From a virus (taxonomy: Duplodnaviria > Caudoviricetes): DNA of 58,017 bases. Shown here piece after piece: positions 8,329-15,984 of the stretch (position 1 is the first letter of the stretch; each line of letters starts with the position of its first letter). The translations under genes were made by a program, and so were the position numbers. The notes under the pieces were generated by a model. That model saw only the letters and a program-made list of their open reading frames with translations, ran no database searches and had not been told where the DNA came from. The DNA is taken from the IMG/VR virus record IMGVR_UViG_3300028025_000563, positions 1-58,017 of that record; one strand, given 5' to 3'.

Positions 8329-8580
8329 TTATTTCAACCGTCTAATCAAATCAGCTAGATCATCTGCTGCTTGCCCTTTCACTGGCTGATAACTATCCTT
8401 CCAACCCTTACCTATCTCTTCACATACTACCGCACATCGATCACGCTCCAGTGCCAACAGTGCTTGCACCTTGTTCAGTAATTCCTGTGGCGAGAACTCA
8501 TACATCACATGGCTGCCCCCTAAATGCGGGACGTCTACCATGTGATCATGTAGTGCGAGATAGATTTCCTCGCGTGTCAT
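8329..8580 (-). CDS. hypothetical protein
   Basis: ATGA overlap; ERDRCAVVCE motif common in phage proteins. Confidence 0.7.
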   Translation of the reverse strand: MTREEIYLALHDHMVDVPHLGGSHVMYEFSPQELLNKVQALLALERDRCAVVCEEIGKGWKDSYQPVKGQAADDLADLIRRLK

Positions 8581-9395
8581 TTACCTTCCTCATACTGCTT
8601 TAACTTCTTTTGGAGGGTAGCATTCTGCTTCATCAACTGCGCCTTCTCAGACTGGTATGTATCACGCGACTGCTTCACCGCCTTCAACTCTATCTCCAGT
8701 ACCTTGATCTGGTTACGCAGATCAGCAATCAAAGACTGAGCCATATCACGTTCAGCCGCCTCTGGACTAGCCGATACCACCGCAAGCTTATCTGTCAGCG
8801 ATTGGTTCTCTGCCTTCAGTAACTCAACAGCGTCAAAAAGTTGCTCTTTTTCTTCATCTGTTTTTTCTGACAGATAGGCTGAATCATCTTCCTTTTGATT
8901 CTTCTTCTCTGCTACTTTTAAAGTGTGTGTTTTACCACCACGCTCAAACTTAACCTCGTCTTTTGTTATGCCCATCTCTAAACGGATATGGCTAACCAAT
9001 GTGTTACTTACTTTACAAGCTTTGGCTATCTCACGATCACTCCATTCAGTCCACTCAAAGTCTTGCAGCATGGTGATGACAGCCTTACGTTTGTCAGCAT
9101 TACTACGGCGCAGGCCATGATCATTGTTGGCACTGAGAGAATACAGGATTGCGTCACGTAATGTACCAGTGACTACATTAGCATCAATCCCTGGCGATCC
9201 TGCTGCTTTGTAAGCAAAGTAACGGTGGAAACCATCGGCTAAATAGTAATCTACGCCATCGTGGTAAACAGTAACCGGCGGGAATACAGCACCGTTGGTT
9301 ATATCTTCGCAGTAATCTAATACTGTTTGTTGGTTGATCTCGGCACGCGCTTGTGTACCGCAATCAATTCTAATTTTATCTAAACCTATGTTCAT
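8577..9395 (-). CDS. ParB N-terminal (ParB/Srx) domain protein with HTH and coiled coil
   Basis: GTQAR, PPVTV, LADGFHR; WSDREIAKACKVS HTH; C-terminal heptads. Confidence 0.8.
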   Translation of the reverse strand: MNIGLDKIRIDCGTQARAEINQQTVLDYCEDITNGAVFPPVTVYHDGVDYYLADGFHRYFAYKAAGSPGIDANVVTGTLRDAILYSLSANNDHGLRRSNADKRKAVITMLQDFEWTEWSDREIAKACKVSNTLVSHIRLEMGITKDEVKFERGGKTHTLKVAEKKNQKEDDSAYLSEKTDEEKEQLFDAVELLKAENQSLTDKLAVVSASPEAAERDMAQSLIADLRNQIKVLEIELKAVKQSRDTYQSEKAQLMKQNATLQKKLKQYEEGK

Positions 9396-9508
9396 AATTT
9401 ATCCTCAAAAAAAAACACTGCGGCAGCTATTAATCCTAACAACAATCCCATTCCTACTAACATCCCACTAAAGAATAGAATGACTGTGGCTAATTGATGT
9501 GCTTCCAT
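9392..9508 (-). CDS. small membrane peptide (38 aa)
   Basis: Not in track; MEAHQLATVILFFSGMLVGMGLLLGLIAAAVFFFEDKL*, AGGAGG upstream. Confidence 0.55.
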   Translation of the reverse strand: MEAHQLATVILFFSGMLVGMGLLLGLIAAAVFFFEDKL

Positions 9509-9696
9509 TTCATCCTCCTACAAAATTCTTTCTGGCTCTGTGTCGCGTCAGGATTAAACTCGTGGGTTGTGCAGTCTAACCTATACCCACGCTGATGCTT
9601 CATAACGTACACAAAGACTGCTGTACATACACACGCCAACAACACGCAGACAACGTAAATTAGAAAATCAAAAAGGTTCTCGTTTTTCATTTTCAT
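9490..9696 (-). CDS. hypothetical membrane protein
   Basis: N-terminal hydrophobic helix. Confidence 0.65.
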   Translation of the reverse strand: MKMKNENLFDFLIYVVCVLLACVCTAVFVYVMKHQRGYRLDCTTHEFNPDATQSQKEFCRRMKWKHIN

Positions 9697-9859
9697 TTAT
9701 TGCATGGATGCTGCTGTTACCTACCAAAAACTTCTCATGTCCTGCTGTCTCCAACCGTCTGGTTAGATTCTCCAGTAACGTGCCCAGTTCTAACTTCTCG
9801 CCTTTAGGTATCGCTACGGTGGCACTAAACATTATTGTGTATTCATCAAAGTTGCTCAT
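9668..9859 (-). CDS. hypothetical protein
   Basis: ORF in leftward operon. Confidence 0.55.
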   Translation of the reverse strand: MSNFDEYTIMFSATVAIPKGEKLELGTLLENLTRRLETAGHEKFLVGNSSIHAINENEKREPF

Positions 9860-10565
9860 TATGTTTTACCTTTCTCCATTCAATAAGTTGATGACCTGAT
9901 ACTTTATTTTCAGTAATAGTGGCAGCTACATGTATATTTTTTGATCCTTGTAGCCAACTCTTTCCTGTCCATTTACTAAATGCTTGAAACCCATTTGATC
10001 TGCGTACATATATTCCTGCAATCATTGGGTGATACTTACTGCCATTTATCCATCCGTTCTGAGTAGTTTTAACATGCACCATCTCATCTGGATCTTCCCT
10101 ATCCCATCGCCTTACCCATTCCCGCTCCCATTCTCTTGGTGGTGGTTTAGGCTTTGGATCTAAATCAACTGGCTTATCCCAACAGGTATTCGTTTTAAAT
10201 GCCGTCCTCTCATACTCTTTTAACTCTTTCTCCGACTTAACCGTATCGCAATTAGGGTGCGCCTGCCACAGTCTTTGACTGCGTACTGGACTCCTCATCT
10301 TGCGTAATGCCTTGGCTTCTATCTGTCTTACCCGCTCCCTAGTTACACCAAGAATCTCCCCTATTTGTTCAAAGGTGTAGTCTCTATCCCTGTCTAATCC
10401 AAAATGCAATCTCAGTACTTTTGCTTCTCTGGGGGTGAGAGAATCTAGGCAATCATTCATTACCCTAGCCAAGTCCTTCTGCATTACTTCCTCTATAGGA
10501 TCAGGAAGAACGTAGTCCCAAGACAGCAGCTCTATAATGGTATCGATTTCAGGTTCGTAGTTCAT
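9846..10565 (-). CDS. sigma-70 region 4 domain protein (RpoD-like HTH) with unknown C-terminal domain
   Basis: LTPREAKVLRLHFGL...YTFEQIGEILGVTRERVRQIEAKALRKMRSP; no regions 1-2. Confidence 0.85.
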   Translation of the reverse strand: MNYEPEIDTIIELLSWDYVLPDPIEEVMQKDLARVMNDCLDSLTPREAKVLRLHFGLDRDRDYTFEQIGEILGVTRERVRQIEAKALRKMRSPVRSQRLWQAHPNCDTVKSEKELKEYERTAFKTNTCWDKPVDLDPKPKPPPREWEREWVRRWDREDPDEMVHVKTTQNGWINGSKYHPMIAGIYVRRSNGFQAFSKWTGKSWLQGSKNIHVAATITENKVSGHQLIEWRKVKHNEQL

Positions 10566-10581
10566 AGCCTCAATGGTATTC

Positions 10582-10635
10582 CTACATGTAGTGTCATGTC
10601 AACTGTTATATTCATACCAGAACAATCTATTGCAA
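10582..10635 (-). promoter_or_regulatory. leftward promoter/operator element, copy of 12184-12238
   Basis: Minus strand TGCAATAG...GAATATAACAGTTGACATGACACTACATGTAG; palindrome CTACATGTAG at 10582-10591. Confidence 0.65.
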
Positions 10636-10923
10636 TCAACAATAAAAAAAAGCATAGGTCTCCCAAGGGTGATAGCCCAGCCTTTAACCCTACCGCAGGT
10701 TACGACTAGAGATATCTACCAACCCATTTGGCCTAAGATTCCTGACCAAACTAGTTTCCCCATAAGGCAGCGATTTATCGTCACAGAGTTTGTCTCACCA
10801 CTTGCCTCTGAGCTTGTGTAGTACCTCGCTGACAGTCTACGCGGCGTGCTTCGGGGTGTACGAAAGCCGGTGTTATATGTTGGTAGCAGCCCATTCAAGC
10901 CCACTTCTATCGCGACCAGTGCG

Positions 10924-11043
10924 GTCATTGCAGCGGAAAGTAAAAAGCCCTAAAGGCTAGACTCTCAGCGCGGCGGCACTCCCACAAGGGGTTAAAGAAT
11001 CTAGGCTCTAGGGCTCAGAAATTGTCAAGGCCGCCGCAATGAC
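10924..11043 (-). ncRNA. structured leader RNA / attenuator resembling P4 CI or P1 c4-type elements
   Basis: 13-bp outer stem (11031-11043/10924-10936), 19/20-bp inner stem (10996-11015/10946-10965) then U5; G-U pairs favour the minus strand. Confidence 0.6.
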
Positions 11044-11049
11044 AGGGGA

Positions 11050-11079
11050 ATTGTAAAGCAGAATATCTGGCGGATGCAA
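11050..11079 (-). promoter_or_regulatory. putative sigma-70 promoter driving the structured leader
   Basis: Minus strand TTGCAT-N18-TACAAT; predicted start falls at the 5' end of the outer stem. Confidence 0.55.
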
Positions 11080-11086
11080 GTATTTC

Positions 11087-11143
11087 TACCGCCCGTTTTA
11101 CCGCCCGTGAAAAACCGTGAAAGACCGTGAGAAACCGTGAAAA
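11087..11143. repeat. phased short direct repeats (iteron-like)
   Basis: TACCGCCCGT x2 (11087, 11099); CCGTGA x4 at exact 10-bp spacing (11105, 11115, 11125, 11135). Confidence 0.75.
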
Positions 11144-11181
11144 GAAATGTTATCAAAGTATCACTCCAATTTCGGAGGGAT

Positions 11182-11210
11182 AAAAAAAAGGGAGACCTTT
11201 GCGGCCTCCC
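11182..11210 (-). terminator. Rho-independent terminator
   Basis: Minus strand GGGAGGCC-GCAAA-GGTCTCCC followed by T8. Confidence 0.85.
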
Positions 11211-11244
11211 GAAGATTCATGGGGAAAGTTCATGAATCGTTGCA

Positions 11245-11400
11245 GTATTGGTTCCGGTTACGATTATCCGGAGCGTATGTCGATGCTACATTGGCCTACG
11301 CCGACTTATTTAGGTACTCGCTGCGTCTGCGGGTTGCATCCATCTCAACCTTGACTAGTATCGGGATGATTATTCACAGCATCCGCTCTTCCCAACAGGA
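11245..11400 (-). ncRNA. candidate structured non-coding RNA(s)
   Basis: Non-coding stretch between HNH stop and terminator; stems TGGG/CCTA, CTGTG/CGCAG, GCGTA/TACGC, TCCGG/CCGGA. Confidence 0.35.
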
Positions 11401-11881
11401 ACAATATTAACAAATAACTGGCGGTCTTCCAACAGATATTCTAAATTTGTTTATTGCATTTATCGCTTCTTCTTCAGATGCATGCATTCCTAAATAAATG
11501 TTTTTATAGTTAACGGTAACTTCTGCTTTCCATTTATTATAAATCTTGTATACCCCCGGACATTTCTTGCCAACGCTAGACCGCTGTCTATTCTTTACAT
11601 TCTCTGACGAAGAAATAATTCGTAAATTTTGTTTCCTGTTATCTAATCCATTTCCGTTTATGTGATCAACAACCAATTTAGAATCAGAAACATTTAATAT
11701 AAGTCTATGCATGCGTGTATTTTTTCCAGTCTTTGCATACAAAGCGCCCTTTGATTTAACTGAATACCATGAATATTTAGACAACATTTCATAGACATCC
11801 TCATCAACAATAACAACTTCTCCATGCTTCAAAATAATTTTTTTGGTTTCCATGTTGTATCTCCGTTTCCCAACAGGAACA
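11389..11881. repeat. 15-bp direct repeat TTCCCAACAGGAACA flanking the HNH gene
   Basis: Copies at 11389-11403 and 11867-11881. Confidence 0.9.
11407..11853 (-). CDS. HNH homing endonuclease with C-terminal AP2-like DNA-binding domain
   Basis: MHRLIL...VDHINGNGLDNRKQNLR (HNH_3); GVY...KWKAEV...YLG...EEEA (AP2); AT-rich. Confidence 0.88.
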   Translation of the reverse strand: METKKIILKHGEVVIVDEDVYEMLSKYSWYSVKSKGALYAKTGKNTRMHRLILNVSDSKLVVDHINGNGLDNRKQNLRIISSSENVKNRQRSSVGKKCPGVYKIYNKWKAEVTVNYKNIYLGMHASEEEAINAINKFRISVGRPPVIC

Positions 11882-11886
11882 GAATA

Positions 11887-12174
11887 TCACAGCTCTCTTA
11901 AAACCTGCAAGGCAGATTCAACACTGTTCACAATCACGCACGTACCGCCAGTCCACTCACGATGAAACTTCTCCTCGGCAGGCGTTAGCTTTTGTTTGCT
12001 CGGAACTTTCTCACCGTCCTTTACTTCCATCAGCACTGTGTGTTTGTTGTACCCTACAAGCAGATCAGGGATGCCATCGCCTTGCGTAATGATCCGAACT
12101 GTCGCTCCGAGAGCGCGTAATGCAAGCACGATCTCTCCTTGATTGTCATCGACCCGCCTTGCAAACTTACTCAT
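11887..12174 (-). CDS. VRR-NUC / PD-(D/E)XK nuclease (Holliday-junction resolvase-like)
   Basis: ARRVDDNQ, GIPDLLVGY, LMEVKD, LTPAEEKF. Confidence 0.8.
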   Translation of the reverse strand: MSKFARRVDDNQGEIVLALRALGATVRIITQGDGIPDLLVGYNKHTVLMEVKDGEKVPSKQKLTPAEEKFHREWTGGTCVIVNSVESALQVLREL

Positions 12175-12183
12175 TCTTTCTCC

Positions 12184-12238
12184 TAATGCAACAGTTGGTT
12201 CCTGTGCGAATATAATAGTTGACGTATACTACATGTAG
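12184..12238 (+). promoter_or_regulatory. rightward promoter/operator element
   Basis: TAATGCAACAGTTGGTT...GAATATAATAGTTGACGTATACTACATGTAG; perfect TATAAT, TTGACG, palindrome at 12229-12238. Confidence 0.7.
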
Positions 12239-12268
12239 ATATATCATACATGGATGGAGGAACATTAT

Positions 12269-12478
12269 ATGACTAGAGATGATGTTATTAGGATGGCGAA
12301 AGAAGCGGGTGTCCATGACTCATGGGATTTAAATTGGTGGGATCCGTACTATGAACGATTTGCAAAACTAGTCGCAGCAGCAGAGCGTGAAGCGTGTGCG
12401 AAGGTGTGTGATGGTTGGCCTGATTACAATGTTCAGGGATTAGCTGAAGCTATTAGAGCAAGGGGGAATCATGGCTGA
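12269..12478 (+). CDS. hypothetical phage protein
   Basis: GGAGG RBS before ATG 12269; AAAEREACAKVCD motif. Confidence 0.75.
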   Translation: MTRDDVIRMAKEAGVHDSWDLNWWDPYYERFAKLVAAAEREACAKVCDGWPDYNVQGLAEAIRARGNHG

Positions 12479-12782
12479 CCAAGTACTAGACCCAGAACGC
12501 GCAATGTTTCGTGATGCAGAGAAGAAGAAGCTAATTGCCACACGCACATCCGAAGTTGTAAGAGAAACCTTTATTAAAGAATATAAGAAAGATTTTAAGA
12601 AAGAGCCAGACCTAACTGACCCGATGATCAATATGTTCTTTAACTGTTGGCTCGCAGCACAGGGTGATCGTAAGTGGTTGACACCTGAAGAAATGGAAGA
12701 TGCAAAGAAGAAACAAATACTAAACCAGAAACGTAGGCAAACAATGATGGCAAATGGAATTAAACGAAGGGGGACTAAATGA
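12471..12782 (+). CDS. hypothetical protein
   Basis: Overlapping ORF in operon. Confidence 0.7.
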   Translation: MADQVLDPERAMFRDAEKKKLIATRTSEVVRETFIKEYKKDFKKEPDLTDPMINMFFNCWLAAQGDRKWLTPEEMEDAKKKQILNQKRRQTMMANGIKRRGTK

Positions 12783-13000
12783 AAGCATTTCCAACACACA
12801 AAGAAGAAGGTATGGACTTACGTGATTACTTTGCAGCAAAGTCTATACAGCCTGCATTTGATATGCTTAAAAGTGATTTGGATTCAACTATACCTGAAGG
12901 TTATGAATGGGGGGATGCAGAAGACTTTGAAGAGGTAGCGAAGAGAGCTTACCAAATGGCCGATGCAATGATGAAGGAGAGAACAATTGAGCGAAACTAA
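12779..13000 (+). CDS. conserved phage protein (GMxLRDYFAAK family)
   Basis: KAFP...GMDLRDYFAAK...AYQMADAMM. Confidence 0.8.
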   Translation: MKAFPTHKEEGMDLRDYFAAKSIQPAFDMLKSDLDSTIPEGYEWGDAEDFEEVAKRAYQMADAMMKERTIERN

Positions 13001-13148
13001 AGATATTCAAAGAGTATTTGTTTGGGATGAAGTTAACTGCAATTTTATTGAAACCATTCCTGGCGAACGACGAGATGGTATTTGCGTAACTTTTGATGGT
13101 GTAACAGGAAAGATTAAATCTGTGGAAAGTTTATATGAAACTAACTAA
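12987..13148 (+). CDS. hypothetical protein (53 aa)
   Basis: Not in track; TTG start after AAGGAG; ...TFDGVTGKIKSVE. Confidence 0.6.
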   Translation: MSETKDIQRVFVWDEVNCNFIETIPGERRDGICVTFDGVTGKIKSVESLYETN

Positions 13149-14022
13149 TAACTTTAATTTGCCAGAGACATTTATCAATGTAATCAAACGCCCTCAATAC
13201 TCACGAGGTAAGGCGCAGATCAGTGTGACAGAGATGCTGAACTCACCACGTATTGTGCAGCTACGTCAGAAACATATGGATGATATCGAGACTGATGCAG
13301 CAGACATGGTGTGGAGTCTATTCGGTTCAGCAGTCCATAACATTCTTGAGCATGGCAAAGGTGAGAACCAAATCGTAGAAGAACGCCTGCACATAGACTT
13401 CAACGGTTGGCATATCTCTGGCGCAATTGACCTGCAAGAAATAACACCGAATGGTATCGGCATACGTGACTATAAAGTTACTGGCGCATGGGCAGTACAA
13501 CAGAACAAAACAGAGTGGATCGAGCAGCTAAACATCTACGCATGGTTAGTAGAGAAGGTTAAGTTTATTAAAGTAACTGACATAAAGATTATCGGTATCG
13601 TGCGTGACTGGTCTCGTCGTGATGCAGCTACCAAAGAAGGATACCCACAGGCGCCTATCGTTACCTTGGATATCCCACTGTGGGACATGGAAACACGCGA
13701 AGCATTTATAGCAGAGCGTTTAAATAAACATAACGAAGCTGTCTTTGCTATGGGTGTGGGTGATAACGTAGCGGAATGTACGTCAGAAGAAATGTGGGAG
13801 AAGCCTACTGTTTATGCCGTCCGTAAGATCGGTGGTGTGCGCGCTAAAACTTTGTTCAGTGATAAGGCTAAAGCAGAGGCAGAGTTAGTTACCTTAAATG
13901 CAAAGAAGGCTGACTATGAAATTGAAGTTAGAGAAGGTGGTAGGACAAGATGCGAGGGCTTTTGCCAAGTCGCTCAATTCTGTGATCAATATAAACAATA
14001 CTTGGCGAACAAGGGGAAATAA
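13135..14022 (+). CDS. PD-(D/E)XK exonuclease (RecB/Cas4-like)
   Basis: GSAVHNILE, ISGAID, DYKVT, QLNIY, C-terminal Cys cluster. Confidence 0.85.
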   Translation: MKLTNNFNLPETFINVIKRPQYSRGKAQISVTEMLNSPRIVQLRQKHMDDIETDAADMVWSLFGSAVHNILEHGKGENQIVEERLHIDFNGWHISGAIDLQEITPNGIGIRDYKVTGAWAVQQNKTEWIEQLNIYAWLVEKVKFIKVTDIKIIGIVRDWSRRDAATKEGYPQAPIVTLDIPLWDMETREAFIAERLNKHNEAVFAMGVGDNVAECTSEEMWEKPTVYAVRKIGGVRAKTLFSDKAKAEAELVTLNAKKADYEIEVREGGRTRCEGFCQVAQFCDQYKQYLANKGK

Positions 14023-14757
14023 ATGAAAGCTATATACGCAGCACTAGTCAAAGCACAGAAGGGTTTCGGCCCCGCTTTGAAGTCTAGTACTAACCCACAT
14101 TTCCGTAGCAAGTATGCGGATCTGTCAGCCTGTATCGAGGCAGTTGTAGATTCTCTGAATGAGAATGGAATCATGCTGATGCAAAAGACGCATGAGGTAG
14201 AGAACGGCGTGATGATTGAAACCGTTTTTTTACACGAATCTGGCGAAGAAATGTCAGCAGGTAAACTGTTCATGCCTGCCACTAAGTTTGACGCCCAAGG
14301 CTTCGGTAGTGCTTTGAGTTACGCTCGGAGGTACTCGATTATGGCTGCCTGTGGCATCGCTCCAGAGGACGACGACGCTAACAGTGCGGTTAAATCTGCA
14401 CCACCGCCATTACCTAAACCAACGCCCAAGCCTGTACCAGTTGCGCCTGCAGTTGAGTCATTAAAACCAAGAACTATTGCTGATGAGGCAGCCAGTATTC
14501 CCAATAAAATGATGGGCTCGGCTGACCAATGGCAGCTAAAGATAAGCATTGATCCTGAATCTGATATCAAAGAATGGATAGAGATAGTCAGAGACTCTTC
14601 TGTGTTTATGTTGGACATGGCGCAAAACAAGAATGACACTATGAATATATTCAGAACCAACGCGAATATATATAACAAGTTGAAAGCAGTTAATTTAGAA
14701 GCATATGAATCCCTGATGGGGCAGTTTAAAATTTATAAGGAGAAGTTAGATGAGTGA
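14023..14757 (+). CDS. erf: ERF-family single-strand annealing protein
   Basis: NPHFRSKYADL, HESGE, QGFGSALSYARRY, EDDDAN. Confidence 0.9.
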   Translation: MKAIYAALVKAQKGFGPALKSSTNPHFRSKYADLSACIEAVVDSLNENGIMLMQKTHEVENGVMIETVFLHESGEEMSAGKLFMPATKFDAQGFGSALSYARRYSIMAACGIAPEDDDANSAVKSAPPPLPKPTPKPVPVAPAVESLKPRTIADEAASIPNKMMGSADQWQLKISIDPESDIKEWIEIVRDSSVFMLDMAQNKNDTMNIFRTNANIYNKLKAVNLEAYESLMGQFKIYKEKLDE

Positions 14758-15067
14758 ATACAAAAAACAAAAGTTCCCGAACAGCGGGATTCTTTCCAAA
14801 ACTAAGTCGCGCCTGCACCCTAAGTCGCCAGACATGGCAGGTGATATAACCATCGAAAGATCTTTGATCCGTCAGTTAATGGATGAGCAGGACGGCGATG
14901 ACGTAAAGATTAAACTGTCAGGCTGGACTAGATCAGGTGAGTACGGAGACTTTATTTCTCTTGCTGTAAATACTTACAAGCCACCTGTAGATGCTGCGGC
15001 GCAACAACCGCATCTGTCAGAATTGACAGATAAGCCGCCTGTGGATAACTCTGATGTCCCTTTCTAA
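14750..15067 (+). CDS. putative single-stranded DNA-binding protein
   Basis: NSG...PDMAG...LSGW; acidic tail ending DVPF; follows ERF. Confidence 0.65.
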   Translation: MSEYKKQKFPNSGILSKTKSRLHPKSPDMAGDITIERSLIRQLMDEQDGDDVKIKLSGWTRSGEYGDFISLAVNTYKPPVDAAAQQPHLSELTDKPPVDNSDVPF

Positions 15068-15068
15068 A

Positions 15069-15491
15069 ATGGAAACGTCAGCATTCGAAGCCGTCAAGGT
15101 AGCGATGAAACAGGATAAGAGCGGCTATGTTCTTACCCTGTGCATTCACCCTGACGAAGTGCCAGAGGAAATCCTACGTGACTTTGTGGGCGCTCGTTAT
15201 CAGGTGGTAGTGGTACGCCTGACAGAAGATGAGCAGCCCATGAATCGTGAGCAGGAACTCGGCAGAGACTCTGTAAGAACAGCAGGTATGTTGTGCAGAG
15301 ATAAGGAGTTCTGGCGCTTCTTAAAGGAGGCAGGCCAGATCTTTGAGGCAGACGAGGAATCATCTATCGAGTGGCTCAAGTATGAACTGGGAGTACCTTC
15401 CCGCAGTGAAATACCTAAGAGCCAGATCGCAGTTAATAAACTAATCGGAATCAAACAGGAGTTTACTTTATGGAAACAGGCAAACGCTTAA
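15069..15491 (+). CDS. hypothetical protein
   Basis: ORF in recombination operon; start could be 15054. Confidence 0.75.
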   Translation: METSAFEAVKVAMKQDKSGYVLTLCIHPDEVPEEILRDFVGARYQVVVVRLTEDEQPMNREQELGRDSVRTAGMLCRDKEFWRFLKEAGQIFEADEESSIEWLKYELGVPSRSEIPKSQIAVNKLIGIKQEFTLWKQANA

Positions 15492-15751
15492 TCCCGTACT
15501 CGGTACACTTATCGGAAGATGTGTACCTTGCCTTGAAGTCGCATGCGCAGGATCGCAAAGCTTCGTCGATGGTACGTGATGCCATCACTATGCTATTGGA
15601 AGGTGGCAAGCCATTTGATAGTGGGTACAACCAAGCTGTTCGTGATGTAGTGCGGCTAGTAGGTAAGCATGATCAAGCTAACGCTATTAGTTGGCACGAA
15701 GTAACCATAGCAGATGACTTGATTGAAGAAATCAAAGGACTGCAAAAGTAA
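15470..15751 (+). CDS. putative ribbon-helix-helix DNA-binding protein
   Basis: YSVHLSEDVYLALK...ASSMVRDAI pattern. Confidence 0.55.
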   Translation: METGKRLIPYSVHLSEDVYLALKSHAQDRKASSMVRDAITMLLEGGKPFDSGYNQAVRDVVRLVGKHDQANAISWHEVTIADDLIEEIKGLQK

Positions 15752-15762
15752 TAGGAGGTCGA

Positions 15763-15984
15763 GTGATGCTTAGAGACGGTAAGTTTATTAAAGAAGATCC
15801 GCCTAAGATCGGTTGCAACTACATCCCGCCGTTCGAGCGGGAGTACAGCGACGAAGAACAAGCTATGCAGGAAATTAATCTTGGTAGCAAACCACGAATG
15901 GATTTTAAAGAATCCGATGTTATTTTTAGGATACTCATGATTTATTCTGCTCTTGCATTGTTATATGCACTCTTTAAGAAATGA
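15763..15984 (+). CDS. hypothetical protein with C-terminal TM helix
   Basis: AGGAGG RBS; hydrophobic C-terminus. Confidence 0.7.
   Translation: MMLRDGKFIKEDPPKIGCNYIPPFEREYSDEEQAMQEINLGSKPRMDFKESDVIFRILMIYSALALLYALFKK

Noticed and set aside
10566-11406. Possible tRNA or tmRNA in the largest non-coding region
   Set aside because: No cloverleaf with a TTC T-loop and acceptor stem found by eye; tRNAscan-SE or ARAGORN would settle it.
10573-11410. Track ORFs 10573..10821, 10716..10928 and 11147..11410
   Set aside because: No convincing RBS or motifs, and they overlap promoters, hairpins and a terminator; treated as non-coding.
11245-11853. HNH gene plus adjacent structured RNA as an RNA-guided (IscB/HEARO-like) nuclease or group I intron
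   Set aside because: The protein is a 148-aa HNH-AP2 with no RuvC or PLMP features, I recognised no intron core, and no gene is interrupted; the flanking duplication suggests simple insertion.
13135-14022. Cas4-like nuclease as evidence for a CRISPR system
   Set aside because: It lies next to ERF and SSB-like genes, the ordinary phage recombination module.
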